From Candidatus Multivorans sp. (lineage in GTDB: Bacteria; Acidobacteriota; Thermoanaerobaculia; Multivoradales; Multivoraceae), in the NCBI GenBank assembly GCA_965224025.1, contig OZ245033.1, positions 3,776,001 to 3,840,000 on the forward strand: a stretch of 64,000 bases of DNA, written 5' to 3'. The notes under the pieces were generated by a model. It was not told the DNA's origin and ran no database searches. It saw only the letters and a list, made by a program, of their open reading frames with translations. Shown in pieces: positions 20,939 to 31,657 of this stretch. Within the stretch, counting starts at the first letter, position 1. Every line of letters starts with the position of its first letter. The position numbers and the translations under genes are program-made.

Positions 20939-21802
20939 ATGCCCCAGCAACCTACGTACGAGACGGTCCGTTACAACGTCGAAGACGGCGTGCTGGTGAT
21001 GACGCTGAACCGTCCCGAGCGCCTGAACGCCATGGGCGGCCAGATGATGCGGGAGATGATCGACGCTCTCGAACGTGCCGATGGAGACGATTCGGTACGC
21101 GCGGTGATCGTCACCGGCGAAGGACGCGGCTTCTGCGCCGGCGCCGATCTGTCCTCCGGCGGCGACACCTTCTCCCATCCGGAGGCGAACGTCGACACCT
21201 ACCGCGACGGCGGCGGCGTTCTGTCGCTCGCGATCTACAAGGTGCGCAAGCCGGTGATCGCCGCGATCAACGGCCCCGCGGTCGGCATCGGCATCACGAT
21301 GACCCTGCCGATGGACATCCGGCTGGCCTCGGCCGAGGCGCGAATGGGCTTCGTCTTCGTCCGTCGCGGCATGGTGCCCGAGGCCTGCAGCAGCTACTTC
21401 CTGCCCCGCCTGGTGGGAATGGGCCGAGCCTCCGAGTGGGCGCTGACCGGCCGGGTCTTCCCGGCGCGGGAGGCGCTGGAGGCGGGTCTCGTGAGCCGCG
21501 TCCTGCCGCCTGAGGAGTTGGTGCCGGCAGCACGCGAACTCGGCTTGGAGATCGCCGCGAACACTTCGCCGGTGTCGGTCGCGCTCACCCGGCACATGCT
21601 GTGGAAGGGGCTCGACGCCGACTCGCCGATGGCCGCGCACCGGGTCGAGTCGAAGGGCATCTACACGCGCGGCAGGAGCGACGACGCGAGAGAGGGGGTC
21701 ACTTCCTTCCTCGACAAGCGACCGGCCGCGTTTCCGATGAAAGTCAGCTCGGACATGCCGCCCTACTTCCCGTGGTGGGAGGACGAGCCCTTCCAGGAGT
21801 GA
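20939..21802 (+). CDS. Enoyl-CoA hydratase/crotonase family protein
   Basis: GFCAGADL, KPVIAAINGPAVGIG. Confidence 0.93.
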   Translation: MPQQPTYETVRYNVEDGVLVMTLNRPERLNAMGGQMMREMIDALERADGDDSVRAVIVTGEGRGFCAGADLSSGGDTFSHPEANVDTYRDGGGVLSLAIYKVRKPVIAAINGPAVGIGITMTLPMDIRLASAEARMGFVFVRRGMVPEACSSYFLPRLVGMGRASEWALTGRVFPAREALEAGLVSRVLPPEELVPAARELGLEIAANTSPVSVALTRHMLWKGLDADSPMAAHRVESKGIYTRGRSDDAREGVTSFLDKRPAAFPMKVSSDMPPYFPWWEDEPFQE

Positions 21803-21893
21803 GCGCGGCAAGACGCAACGACGTGAGTAGCGACGCGCTCACTCCTGGAGACGTGGGGGCTGGGGCTAAACTCCGATCCGCAAGGAGAGGCGT

Positions 21894-23231
21894 TTGGCGG
21901 CGCTAGAAGGCAACGGCAGCGGGTCGCAACCTGCCGCCCGCTGCGGGGCGGTGGCGTCCTGGTGTCTCTACGACTGGGCCAACTCCGCCTTCACCACCCT
22001 GGTGGTGACCTTCGTCTACGCCACGTACTTCTCGCAGACTTTCGCAGAGGACGCGGACCGGGGCACCGCGCTGTGGTCGCGCGGGATCACGATCAGCTCG
22101 CTGATCATCGCTCTGATCTCACCGATGCTCGGAGCGATGGCGGACCGCTCGGGCCTTCGCCGCCGCTTCCTGATGGTTGCCACCCTGGTCTCGGTCGGGG
22201 CCACCGCCTGGCTGACCTTCATCGTCCCGGGAAGCGGCAACGCCGTCCTCGCGGCTCTCGTCCTGTTCGTGGTCGCGAACGTCGGTTTCGAGGTCGGCAT
22301 GGTGTTCTACAACTCCTTCCTCCCCCAGTTGTCGACGCCTCGGACGATCGGACGGATCTCCGGCTACGCCTGGGGTCTCGGCTACGCCGGCGGCCTGGTC
22401 TGCCTGGTCGTCGCGTTGCTCGGGCTGATCGGTCTCGGCGAGGGCGCGCCCTGGCTTCCACTCAGCACGGAGGACGGCTTCAACGTCCGCGCCTCGAACC
22501 TGCTGGTCGGGCTTTGGTTCCTGATCTTCAGCCTGCCGGCGCTCATTCTTCTGCGCGACGAGGTCACGCCGCGCGCCGCTACGTCCGCCGGCGGCGCGGT
22601 CGCGTCCATTCGCAGGGCCTTCCAGGATCTCCGCCGTACGCTGACCCGCATCCGCGACTTCAAGGACATCGTCCGCTTTCTGGTTGCGCGTCTGATCTAC
22701 AACGACGGCCTGATCACCGTGTTCGCCTTCGGCGGCGTCTACGCCGCGGGCACGTTCGGCATGGACACGAGCGAGGTGATCGTGTTCGGCATCGCGCTGA
22801 ACGTGACGGCCGGGCTGGGCGCGTTCCTGTTCGGCCTCGTTGACGACAGGGTGGGCGGCCGCACCACCGTGCTCTGGAGCCTCGTCGGCCTGTTCGTCTG
22901 CTCCCTGGTCGCGGTGGCGGCGCCGAACCGGACCTGGTTCTGGGCCGCGGCGCTGGTGCTGGGCCTCTTCATGGGCCCCAACCAGTCCGCGAGCCGGTCG
23001 CTGATGGGTCGCTTTGCGCCGAAGCGCTATGAGTCCGAGTTCTTCGGCTTCTTCGCCTTTTCGGGCAAGGCGACGGCATTCCTGGGTCCGATGCTGCTGG
23101 GTCTCATCACCGCCGGCTACGGGCAGCGCGCCGGCATCGCGGTGGTTCTGGCGTTCTTCCTGGTCGGCGGCCTGCTGCTGCTCCGGGTTGATGAGGGGCG
23201 CGGCATCGAACGGGCTGGGAACAGCCCGTAG
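21894..23231 (+). CDS. MFS transporter (UMF1/ATG22-like)
   Basis: WCLYDWANSAF, VFYNSFLP, 12-TM pattern. Confidence 0.9.
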   Translation: MAALEGNGSGSQPAARCGAVASWCLYDWANSAFTTLVVTFVYATYFSQTFAEDADRGTALWSRGITISSLIIALISPMLGAMADRSGLRRRFLMVATLVSVGATAWLTFIVPGSGNAVLAALVLFVVANVGFEVGMVFYNSFLPQLSTPRTIGRISGYAWGLGYAGGLVCLVVALLGLIGLGEGAPWLPLSTEDGFNVRASNLLVGLWFLIFSLPALILLRDEVTPRAATSAGGAVASIRRAFQDLRRTLTRIRDFKDIVRFLVARLIYNDGLITVFAFGGVYAAGTFGMDTSEVIVFGIALNVTAGLGAFLFGLVDDRVGGRTTVLWSLVGLFVCSLVAVAAPNRTWFWAAALVLGLFMGPNQSASRSLMGRFAPKRYESEFFGFFAFSGKATAFLGPMLLGLITAGYGQRAGIAVVLAFFLVGGLLLLRVDEGRGIERAGNSP

Positions 23232-23278
23232 CGTCGTCAACAAACCACGGCGAATCCACGTAGAAGGAGAGGGGAGCG

Positions 23279-23917
23279 ATGGAGGCAGTCAGCAACTGGT
23301 GGGGTTCACTGGAGGGGGCGTACCGCGTCTTCTACGCGCTCGGCATCGTCTCCGCCCTGGCCTTACTGATCCAGGTCGTCCTCACCGTCTTCGGGCTCGA
23401 CGATCTTCTCGACGCCGTCGACGGCGAAGGGACTTCTCTGCTCTCGCTGCGCACCGTCAGCGGTTTTCTGGCCGGCTTCGGCTGGACCGGCGTCGTGATG
23501 ATGCGAGCCGGCTACTCGACCCTGGCCGCGTCGGTCGGCGGCACCGTCGTCGGTCTGCTGTTTGCCGGCATCCTGTTCCTGATCATGCGCGTGCTGATGG
23601 GCCTGCGCCACAGCGGCACGGTCGACTACCGGAACGCGGTCGGCGTGGCGGGCAAGGTCTACGCGCCGATAGGCGCCAGTCTCAGGAAACCCGGCCAGGT
23701 CGAAGTCCTCGTCCAGGGCAGGCTGCGGACAGTCGCCGCGATGACGCGCCACGACACCGACTTGCCCACCCTGACCCGCATTCGCGTGGTCGACATCCTC
23801 GATCCCAACACCCTGCTCGTCGCTCCCCTCGACGCGGAGGCGCACGCCGAACCTGGGAACGCGGGCGTCTCGCCCGCATCCGGCGCCAGCCATGGGCGAG
23901 ATCGGCAAGAGCAATAG
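23279..23917 (+). CDS. NfeD-like membrane protein partner of flotillin
   Basis: TM helices plus C-terminal OB-like GKVYAPI...GQVEV; directly precedes flotillin. Confidence 0.75.
   Translation: MEAVSNWWGSLEGAYRVFYALGIVSALALLIQVVLTVFGLDDLLDAVDGEGTSLLSLRTVSGFLAGFGWTGVVMMRAGYSTLAASVGGTVVGLLFAGILFLIMRVLMGLRHSGTVDYRNAVGVAGKVYAPIGASLRKPGQVEVLVQGRLRTVAAMTRHDTDLPTLTRIRVVDILDPNTLLVAPLDAEAHAEPGNAGVSPASGASHGRDRQEQ
23855..23883 (+). repeat. Palindromic element copy 1 (GGGAACGCGGGCGTCTCGCCCGCATCCGG), in frame within a CDS
   Basis: 29-nt identity with the reverse complement of 39239..39267. Confidence 0.85.
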
Positions 23918-23940
23918 CAATCCCTTAGGAGAACAATCAC

Positions 23941-25368
23941 GTGGACCTGATCATCCTCATCCTGTCCGCCCTGGCGGCGGTCCTGATCCTCATCTTCTCG
24001 CTCTCGAGCCGTTACCGGCGCTGCCCGTCGGACCGCATCCTCGTGGTCTACGGCAAGATCGGCGGCACCGGCTCGGCGAAGTGCTACCACGGCGGCGCCG
24101 CCTTCATCATTCCGATCCTGCAGGCGCACCAGTTCCTCGATCTCGAACCGATGACGATGGACATCAACCTGACCGGCGCCCTGTCGAAGCAGAACATCCG
24201 CGTCAACTGCCCGTCGACGTTCACGGTCGGCATCTCCACCGAATCCGGGGTGATGGAGAACGCCGCCGAGCGGCTGCTGGGCATGCAAATGGAGCGCGTC
24301 TCCGCGCTCGCGCGCGACATCATCTTCGGTCAGATGCGCGTCGTTCTGGCGACGATGCCGATCGAGGAGATCAACGCCGACCGCGACAAGCTGATCGAGA
24401 ACATCTCAAACGGCGTCGAGGTCGAGTTGAAGAAGGTCGGCCTGCGGCTGATCAACGTGAACATCCAGGACATCACGGACGAGTCCGGCTACATCGACGC
24501 GCTCGGCAAGGAAGCGGCCGCGCGCGCGATCAACGAGGCGAAGGTCAAGGTCGCCGAGCAGGAGCGTGACGGCGAAGTCGGCGCCGCGGCCGCCGAGCGC
24601 GACCGGCGCATTCAGGTCGCCCAGTCCCTGGCGACCGCCCAGGAGGGCGAGAACGAATCCGCGGTGCGGGTCGCCCAGTCCGACTCCAGTCGAAGAAAGG
24701 AAGAGGCCGAGGCCGAGCGCGACGCCTCCGCCGCCGAGAAGGTCAAGGCGGCCCAGGCGCTGCAGGAGGCATACGCCGCCCAGGAAGAGTCCGAGGTCGC
24801 TCGCGCCAGCCGCGAACAGGCCACACAGCGCGCCGACGTCGTGGTGCCGGCCGAGATCAAGAAGGAAGAGATCGCCACCCTGGCCGAGGCCGAGGCGGAA
24901 CGCAATCGGCGTCTCAAGAGGGGTGAGGCGGACGGTATCCAGTCTCTGACCGAAGCCGACGCGGACCGCATCCAGCGCCTCCAGGAAGCGGAAGCCGCCG
25001 GTATCGAGGCGGTGCTGTCGAAGAAGGCCCAGGGCTTCGACCGGATCGTCGAAGCGATAGGCGGCGCCGACAACGCGGCCCTGCTGCTGGTCACCGAGCA
25101 GCTCCCGAAGCTGGTCGAAGAGCAGGTCAAGGCGATTGCGGGCCTCAAGATCGACAACGTGACCGTGTGGGACTCGGGCCGCGGCGAGAACGGCAAGACG
25201 GCGACCGCGGACTTCGTCTCCGGCCTCGTCGGCGCCCTGCCGCCGCTGCACGAACTGACGAAGAACGTCGGGATCAAGCTGCCGGAGTACCTGGGCAGCC
25301 GCGACGACGGCGAAGGCGACTCACCCGCTTCGTCACCTGACGAACCAGAGGCCGATCCCGAACCCTGA
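23941..25368 (+). CDS. Flotillin/SPFH domain protein
   Basis: YRRCPSDRILVVYG, NVNIQDITD, AE-rich coiled coil. Confidence 0.92.
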   Translation: MDLIILILSALAAVLILIFSLSSRYRRCPSDRILVVYGKIGGTGSAKCYHGGAAFIIPILQAHQFLDLEPMTMDINLTGALSKQNIRVNCPSTFTVGISTESGVMENAAERLLGMQMERVSALARDIIFGQMRVVLATMPIEEINADRDKLIENISNGVEVELKKVGLRLINVNIQDITDESGYIDALGKEAAARAINEAKVKVAEQERDGEVGAAAAERDRRIQVAQSLATAQEGENESAVRVAQSDSSRRKEEAEAERDASAAEKVKAAQALQEAYAAQEESEVARASREQATQRADVVVPAEIKKEEIATLAEAEAERNRRLKRGEADGIQSLTEADADRIQRLQEAEAAGIEAVLSKKAQGFDRIVEAIGGADNAALLLVTEQLPKLVEEQVKAIAGLKIDNVTVWDSGRGENGKTATADFVSGLVGALPPLHELTKNVGIKLPEYLGSRDDGEGDSPASSPDEPEADPEP

Positions 25369-25402
25369 AACCCCTGCGCGAGAAGCGCAGCCGGCAGAAA
25401 CT

Positions 25403-25434
25403 GGATGCACCGGCCTCTGGCCGGCATCCGGCGC
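25403..25434 (+). repeat. Variant palindromic element between convergent genes
   Basis: GGATGCACCGGCCTCTGGCCGGCATCCGGCGC shares stem-loop layout and the GCATCCGGCGC tail with copy 1. Confidence 0.55.
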
Positions 25435-25464
25435 GAAGCGCCGGCCTCTGGGAATTCTGCCGCG

Positions 25465-25704
25465 CTACGTGATGTCGCGCAGCGTCAGGCCCTGACTCTT
25501 GAGATAGGGCACCAGACCCTTCTTGTCGATCGTCCGCAGTGCGCGCGTCGACACCTTGAGCTTGATCGTCCGCTTGAGCTCGGGGACGTACAGCCGCTTG
25601 GCCTGGATGTTCGGCCGCTGCCACTTGTTCGTGACGTTGTGCGCGTGAGAGATGTTATGGCCGCTGAGCGGCTTCTTGCCGGTGATCTGGCAGGTTCTGG
25701 GCAT
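25465..25704 (-). CDS. rpmB: 50S ribosomal protein L28
   Basis: CQITGKKPLSGHNISHAHN...PNIQ...KVSTRALRTIDK. Confidence 0.97.
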   Translation of the reverse strand: MPRTCQITGKKPLSGHNISHAHNVTNKWQRPNIQAKRLYVPELKRTIKLKVSTRALRTIDKKGLVPYLKSQGLTLRDIT

Positions 25705-25858
25705 GTCGACTCCATCGCCACGGTGTGACCCGCATCCGGCGCCGCGGCGGTCTCGTTGGGCGCGCGATCATAGCAGCGAAAGACGTTTCGTTGCCGAGCG
25801 CCCCGTGCCTGACTGCTACGCTGACACAACCACATCCTGACGACAAGGGAGGCCCACC

Positions 25859-27717
25859 GTGAACGAACTGGTCTACCGTTTCCTCCGCAACGATCTCTCT
25901 CGCCGCGGCTTCATCCAGGCCCTGACGGCGCTCGGTCTGACCGGCACGATTGCCGAGTCCACGGCGAACGCGGCGGCAGCCGCGGCGAACACCGACGCCG
26001 ACTCGGGCAGCCGCACAGCAGCCGGCACCGGCGGCGAGTTGATGGTCGAGCAGATGGCCGCGGCCGGCACCCGCTTCCTGTTCACGAACCCCGGCTCGTT
26101 CGAGGTCGGGTTCTTCGACGCCTTCCTCGACCGCCCGGGCATGCAGCTCATCATGGGGCTGCACGAAGGCATCGTCATCTCGATGGCCGACGGCTACCAC
26201 AAGGCCTCCGGCGAACCCGGCTTCGTCAACGTTCACGTCATCGCCGGTACCGCACAGTCCGCCGGTCAGCTCTACAACTCGAGCCGGGACGGCTCGGCGC
26301 TGATCGTCACCGCCGGCCTGCTCGACAACGAGATGCAGGACGACAACCTGCTGCTGGGGCCCAGGCCCGGCTTCGACCAGAAGGACGTGAACCGCCAATT
26401 CACGAAGATGTCCTGGGAGACCCGCGACCCCGGCTCGATCCCGGTCATGCTCCGCCGGGCCTTCAAAGTGGCGACGACTGCTCCCGGCGGCCCGACCTAC
26501 CTGGCCCTGGCCAACCACGCCCTGGAGGCCAAGGGAGTCAGCGCCGCGATCCACGACCGCGCGTCCTTCATCATCCCGGACGACATTCCGGCCCGCGACG
26601 AGGACATCGAGGCGGTGGCGCGGATGCTGATCGAGGCCGAGGCGCCGATCATCCACGTCGGCGACGAAGTCAGCAAGGCCGGGGCGCAGCCGGCGGCGCT
26701 CGAGCTGGCCGAACTCCTGCAGGTCCCGGTGGGCGACGTGAACTGCCGTTCCACAGCTTCCCGCGCATGCATCCGCTGTATGCCGGCGGCTACAGCAGCC
26801 GCGACCGCGACTTCGTCCTCCGCATCGGCGTCGGCGACATCGGCGGCACCGCCGCCGCCGGCCCTGACGCCGAGGGCTCGCAGAGCGCCTGGATCGGCCT
26901 GAACACGGGCGCGATCGGCGGCGACCGGCCCTTCGGCCGCGCGGTCGTCGCGAACACGAAGCTCGCAACCGAGGCCCTGGTGGAGGCGGTCGAATCGCTC
27001 ACCACCGAAGAGCGGCGGAAGAAGATCCGCGCGTCACGCCCGGAGGCCGCGCGCAAGCCACCCCAGCTCGACCGAGCGAACGTCGGCCGCAGCCCCATCC
27101 ACGCCGACGAGCTGGGCCATGTACTCGAGACGGAACTCGACCCGAACGCGATCATCGTCAGTGAGAACCTGAGCGGCTCGAACCAGTTCTTCTCCACCGG
27201 TCACCGCGACAACGAAAAGACCTGGCTCGCCACTTCCGGCGCCGGGCTCGGCTGGGGCATCGGCGCTTCGACCGGCGCCAAGCTCGGCCAGCCGGATCGC
27301 CAGGTCGTCTGCAACATCGGCGACGGCTCGGTGATGTACAGCGCCTCCGGCTTCTGGACCCAGGCCCGCTACGGAGTTCCGGTCCTGACGGTGGTCACCA
27401 ACAACCGGAACTACCAGACCGTCCGCCTCGCCTACGCCCGCTACGACGGCAAGATGAAGGAGGCGAACCGCTACACCGGCATGCACCTCGGCGATCCCGA
27501 CATCGACTTCGCCGGCCTCGCCCGAAGCCAGGGCGTCGACGGCGTGACCGTCGAGTCGGCGGCAGACATCCGCCCAGCGATCCGCCGCGGCATCGAGGCC
27601 ACCCGCGCCGGCGAACCCTTCCTCGTCGACGCGGTCGTCGACCGCAAGGGCGACGGCGGCGACTCGACCTGGCACCAGGAGTTCCGGCTTGCCGACGAAC
27701 GGACGAAGTCGGTGTAA
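25859..27717 (+). pseudogene. TPP-dependent enzyme (benzoylformate decarboxylase/acetolactate synthase-like) with Tat-like leader; frameshift near 26740
   Basis: SRRGF leader, NPGSFE, LHEG, GDGSVMY...NN; halves in two frames (true pseudogene or sequence error). Confidence 0.8.
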
Positions 27718-28476
27718 CGGTCCGCGGACCGCCGTACTTCTACTCTGCCTCGGCGCCCGCCTGACCGGGCGGGCCGGCGCCTGGAACCTCGGCCTGCTGA
27801 CCGTGGGGACCGAGGCTGTTGCGGCGGGGAATCGGCCCGCGGCAGCCGCCGCCCAGCACAGTGTCGTCCGCCTCAAACGCGATCTCGGGCACCGTTCCAG
27901 TGTCGGCATGATCTACACCGAACGCGATCCGCGCGGCGGTGAACAGAACCGGCTCTACGGCGGCGATCTCGACTACAAGCCGACCCGCCAGTCCACCTTC
28001 TACCTGTTCGGGGCCGCCAGCGAAGATCAGGGGCGGAGCGGAGACACAGGCGCTCTCGGCACCGGGTACAGCTACACATCGCGCAGCCTGCGCGCGAACG
28101 TCGATCTGATGGAGTCCCAGGCCGAGTTCAGTCCCGGCTCCGGTTTTCTCCTGCGTCGCGACTTCCGCCGCTACAATCCGAGGGTGCGCTGGGAACCGCG
28201 GATCAACCGCGGCGGCGTCCGCAGCCTGACGCTGGAGGCTCAACTCGACTCCGGCTCGATGCCGCCTTCAGCCCGGACCTTCGCCTCAATACGCTCGCGC
28301 AGTACAACGACGCGGCGGAGCTGGCCGGCATCAACGTGCGTTTCAACTGGATCTACAAACCCGGCGCCAATCTCTTCGTCGTCTACAACCACAACTGGGA
28401 AGCCCCGACCTTCACCGCCCGGGAAACGGCGCGCCGCGAACTGATCGTCAAGTTCAACTACCTCTGGCAGCCTTGA
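27713..28476 (+). pseudogene. Collapsed outer-membrane beta-barrel (DUF5916-like) remnant
   Basis: Signal-like TAVLLLCL joined to GARLTGRAG..., then a frame change into C-terminal NVRFNWIYKPG...LIVKFNYLWQP*. Confidence 0.65.
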
Positions 28477-28514
28477 ACGACGAAATCGAAGACGCAGGGA
28501 GCTTCCGGAGGATC

Positions 28515-28755
28515 ACGGTCGCTCGCTGCAACGGCACTGTCACTGCAGGTCTGGCCGCTCGTAGCGGTGCTTCTTGGGTCGCCCGACGAGTCGGTCAGAG
28601 CCAGGTCGAGACATAGCCAGCCGAACCCGCGGGGAAAAGGCGCGCTCTCGGCAGCTCGCACTCGATCCGCACAAGGTCAGAATGATAGCCTTCCTGCCCG
28701 GCGCCAGCATCGTGCTGAGCAGTGAGATTCGCGCCGTAGACCTCGCCTGCCCTCG
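28515..28755 (+). pseudogene. Remnant copy 0 of the CxC repeat domain
   Basis: ATALSLQVWPL and HKVRMIAFLPGASIVLSSEIRAVDLACP match the downstream copies. Confidence 0.65.
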
Positions 28756-28801
28756 AACGTGGAACGGTGACGGTCAACCTTGGCTGCCCCAGCTCCGGCA
28801 G

Positions 28802-30646
28802 ATGAACCGAGCCGTTTCCACACCTCGCGGACCACACCCGCTAGCCGTATGGGCGGCGGTTGCCGGCCTGTCGATCGCCCTCTCAGCGTTCGCTCCACGG
28901 AACGCTCAAGCGTGTAGCTGCGTAGACCCCGAACACTGGGGGTTCATCGGTCCCGAGAACGGGCGGCTGCCCGCCAATGCGGCCGGTGTGGTGTGGTTCA
29001 AGCCCAGGGTGTTCGACAGGCGATACGAACTCCAGCAACCTCCTTCCGGGCGGCGGGTCGCTGCGCGGATCAGGGTCGAGCAACGGGTGCAGAATCGGTT
29101 CGTGCGTGTGCCGGCGACCGCTCGGAGCGTCGACGGATTCCGGGGGATCTTCGTCGTCGCGCCGCGGGAAGGACTCGCTGTCGCGGCCACGTATCGATTC
29201 ACGGATCGAGGGTCGACTCTGCACGACGACCATCCGGAATGGGCGGACTCGCGACGTTTCTTGGGCAACGGGCCCCACCGTCAAGTTCAGGTCACCGTGG
29301 ACGCGGACCCACTCCCCGCGAACTCCTCGCTCGCTCTGAAGGCCGGACCCGCGGCTGCGGAGTTGATCAGCGTGGCCTCAGGGGGCGGCATGTGCTCAGT
29401 CCGCGGACAGCCTGTTCCACACGTTTCGATCGAGGCCGGACTGGCTCCAGAGGTTCGGGAGTGGCGCGGGCAGCTTCTCTTTCGAACCCTCGTTGACGAT
29501 GAACCCTGGGCAGGCGCCGAGTCTCTCTGCTCGCTTTACCCAAGCGGACGGAGTTGGCGCCAAATCGCGACCGACAAGGTGTACAGCACGTGCCAGGACC
29601 TCGATGCACGCGGTGAGGCCCCGATCGCCTTCCGCGAACCGAGAGGCCGGTTCCGTGAGCTGGCGCCTACCAAACACAGCGTGAAGATGAAGGCCTTTCT
29701 GCCCGGAACGGACATCGTGCTGGAGAGCGAAGCCCTGACAGTCGACCTGAGTTGCCCTCGGGCGGCTGTAGCGACGTGGATCGACGCTGCCTGGTTCGGC
29801 ATGGGTGCCAGCCATCAACTATGCGAGTGTCCCGGCCCGCTCTACACGACGGGGTTCATCGGTCCAGCAGACGTGCGGCTGCCAGCCAACGCCGCCGGCG
29901 TGCTCTGGCTCCAAGCAACGGAGTGGCAGAGCGCCGAATCGGACAGACCGGATCCCCAGGAAGTGGTCAGATCACGCATCTCCGTGAGAATGCTGGGCAA
30001 GCAAGGCGAGGGCGTCGCGTTGGCGACCATCGCCAAGGCTGTGCCAGACACTTCAGGAGTGTTCGTCGTCGCCCCCGAGGGCGGATTCGTGCCCGGTGCA
30101 CGGTACTTCTTCGTCGACCGCGAACACAACGGTGAATGGTGGCGACCGGGGAACGACCCCTGGGACCTCCGAAAGGGCGTCATCGCGACGATCGACAACC
30201 TGGAGCTTTCCGTCGAAACAACGCTCACCCTGCACAGCACGCCGACAATCGTTGGGACGCTCCGTATTGCTTCAACCTTTCGGTGCGGCAACGTGGAACG
30301 CTTGCCGCACGTTCAGATCGAAGCGCGGCTCGGGGGGAACGGCCAACGGTGGCGGAATCAACTGCTGTATCGAACGTTCGTCGATGGCGAAGGCTGGTAC
30401 GGGGCCAGCAGCACGTGCGCGGGAGAACTACATGTGCTTGGGGCCGCCGGGGCCACTGTAGGCCATGACGTTCTCTACGGCCGGTGCCCAGGAGAGAAGT
30501 CGCCCGAGGACGTCTACTATTGGTTCCCCCCGCTCGAGCCGGCTGCGCACCAAGTCAAGATGCAGGCGTTCCTTCCCGGCACCGACATCGTGCTCGAGAC
30601 CAAGACGGTAACGGTGGACCTGAGCTGCCCCGCGACTGACGAGTGA
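28802..30646 (+). CDS. Secreted hypothetical protein with two tandem six-Cys CxC domains
   Basis: Signal peptide ending AQA-CSC; two ~290-aa repeats (GFIGP..RLPANAAGV, LxRTxVD, AFLPGTDIVLE..VDLSCP). Confidence 0.8.
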   Translation: MNRAVSTPRGPHPLAVWAAVAGLSIALSAFAPRNAQACSCVDPEHWGFIGPENGRLPANAAGVVWFKPRVFDRRYELQQPPSGRRVAARIRVEQRVQNRFVRVPATARSVDGFRGIFVVAPREGLAVAATYRFTDRGSTLHDDHPEWADSRRFLGNGPHRQVQVTVDADPLPANSSLALKAGPAAAELISVASGGGMCSVRGQPVPHVSIEAGLAPEVREWRGQLLFRTLVDDEPWAGAESLCSLYPSGRSWRQIATDKVYSTCQDLDARGEAPIAFREPRGRFRELAPTKHSVKMKAFLPGTDIVLESEALTVDLSCPRAAVATWIDAAWFGMGASHQLCECPGPLYTTGFIGPADVRLPANAAGVLWLQATEWQSAESDRPDPQEVVRSRISVRMLGKQGEGVALATIAKAVPDTSGVFVVAPEGGFVPGARYFFVDREHNGEWWRPGNDPWDLRKGVIATIDNLELSVETTLTLHSTPTIVGTLRIASTFRCGNVERLPHVQIEARLGGNGQRWRNQLLYRTFVDGEGWYGASSTCAGELHVLGAAGATVGHDVLYGRCPGEKSPEDVYYWFPPLEPAAHQVKMQAFLPGTDIVLETKTVTVDLSCPATDE

Positions 30647-31544
30647 GCGAAGCGGCTCCCTACCGAAGAGCGCCTGGTCGCCTCTGCGTATGGACCGCCG
30701 CAGCAGGGCTGTCAATCGCTCTCTTCACAATCGCCGCTCCGGCGGCCAATGCCTGCCTGTGCAAGCAACTGGAAGACTGGGGCTTCCTTGCGCCGCAAAC
30801 CGGGCGCTTACCGGTCAACGCCGCTGGCGTCGCGCGGTACATGCCCGGCGAGTCCCTTTCCGGGGAGGAGATCCTGGCCCAAGTCTCGGTAGAGGCAAAG
30901 CAGGATGGCGTCTTTCAGGAAGTGCCGGCAACAGCAAGGGGCGTTCCAGGCTTCCCGGGCATCTTCGCCATCGGGCCCAAGGGCGGCTTGAAGGCCGGAG
31001 CGACCTACCGCTTCACAGACCGCAGGGATTGACGGCACGGAGTTCCCGCACAGGTGCTCGCGACGATCGACAGCGCCTCGTTGGCGCCGGCAACGCCGCT
31101 AGTCCTGGAGGTCTGGCCGCTCTACTCCGAGACGATCCCGGTGGCTTCCGGCGGCGGGATGTGTTGGGTGGCGCATGGGTCGCCCAGGCGCTGATCGAAA
31201 CCACTCTGCCCGAAGGCGCCGCCCTATGGCGGGATCAACTCCTGTACCGAACGTTGGTCGACGGTGAGGCGTGGTACGGCAAGGAGTCTCTCTGCGACAA
31301 CTACGCGCCGGGACGAAGCTGGAAGGAGATCGGCGAGGACCTTGTCTACGGCGCGTGTCCTGACCCGTCCGGCGCCAGCCACGGTGACGAGGGGTACGCC
31401 TACGGAGAAAACCGGCGCCCACGCCAACTCGAACCCACCCTCCATACCGTCAAGATGCAGGCATTTCTGCCCGGCACCGACATCGTGCTGGAGACGGAGG
31501 CGCTCACCGTGGACCTGAGTTGTCCCGGTCCCGTGGAGGAGTAG
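30643..31544 (+). pseudogene. Further CxC domain gene with in-frame TGA (31030-31032) and a frameshift near 31170
   Basis: ANA-CLC start; homology continues in frame after the TGA, then shifts frame to reach AFLPGTDIVLETEALTVDLSCP. Confidence 0.75.
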
Positions 31545-31657
31545 CTCCTTCGCACGAGTGATCAGCGCGACGCCACGGTCACCAACGAGGGCCGACCGGG
31601 CTCACCGCCGATCGGCCCAGGCTGAACGACACGGTCCACGGTCTCCGCCGCCGCACC

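Noticed and set aside
31030-31032. In-frame TGA as a second selenocysteine codon
   Set aside because: Paralogues have no Cys here (a Trp-containing loop), there is no convincing SECIS, and the gene also has a frameshift; a nonsense mutation is simpler
28670-31527. Regularly spaced repeats as a CRISPR array or DGR template/variable pair
   Set aside because: The repeats are coding, ~0.9-1 kb apart and differ largely at synonymous sites; no cas or reverse transcriptase gene is present
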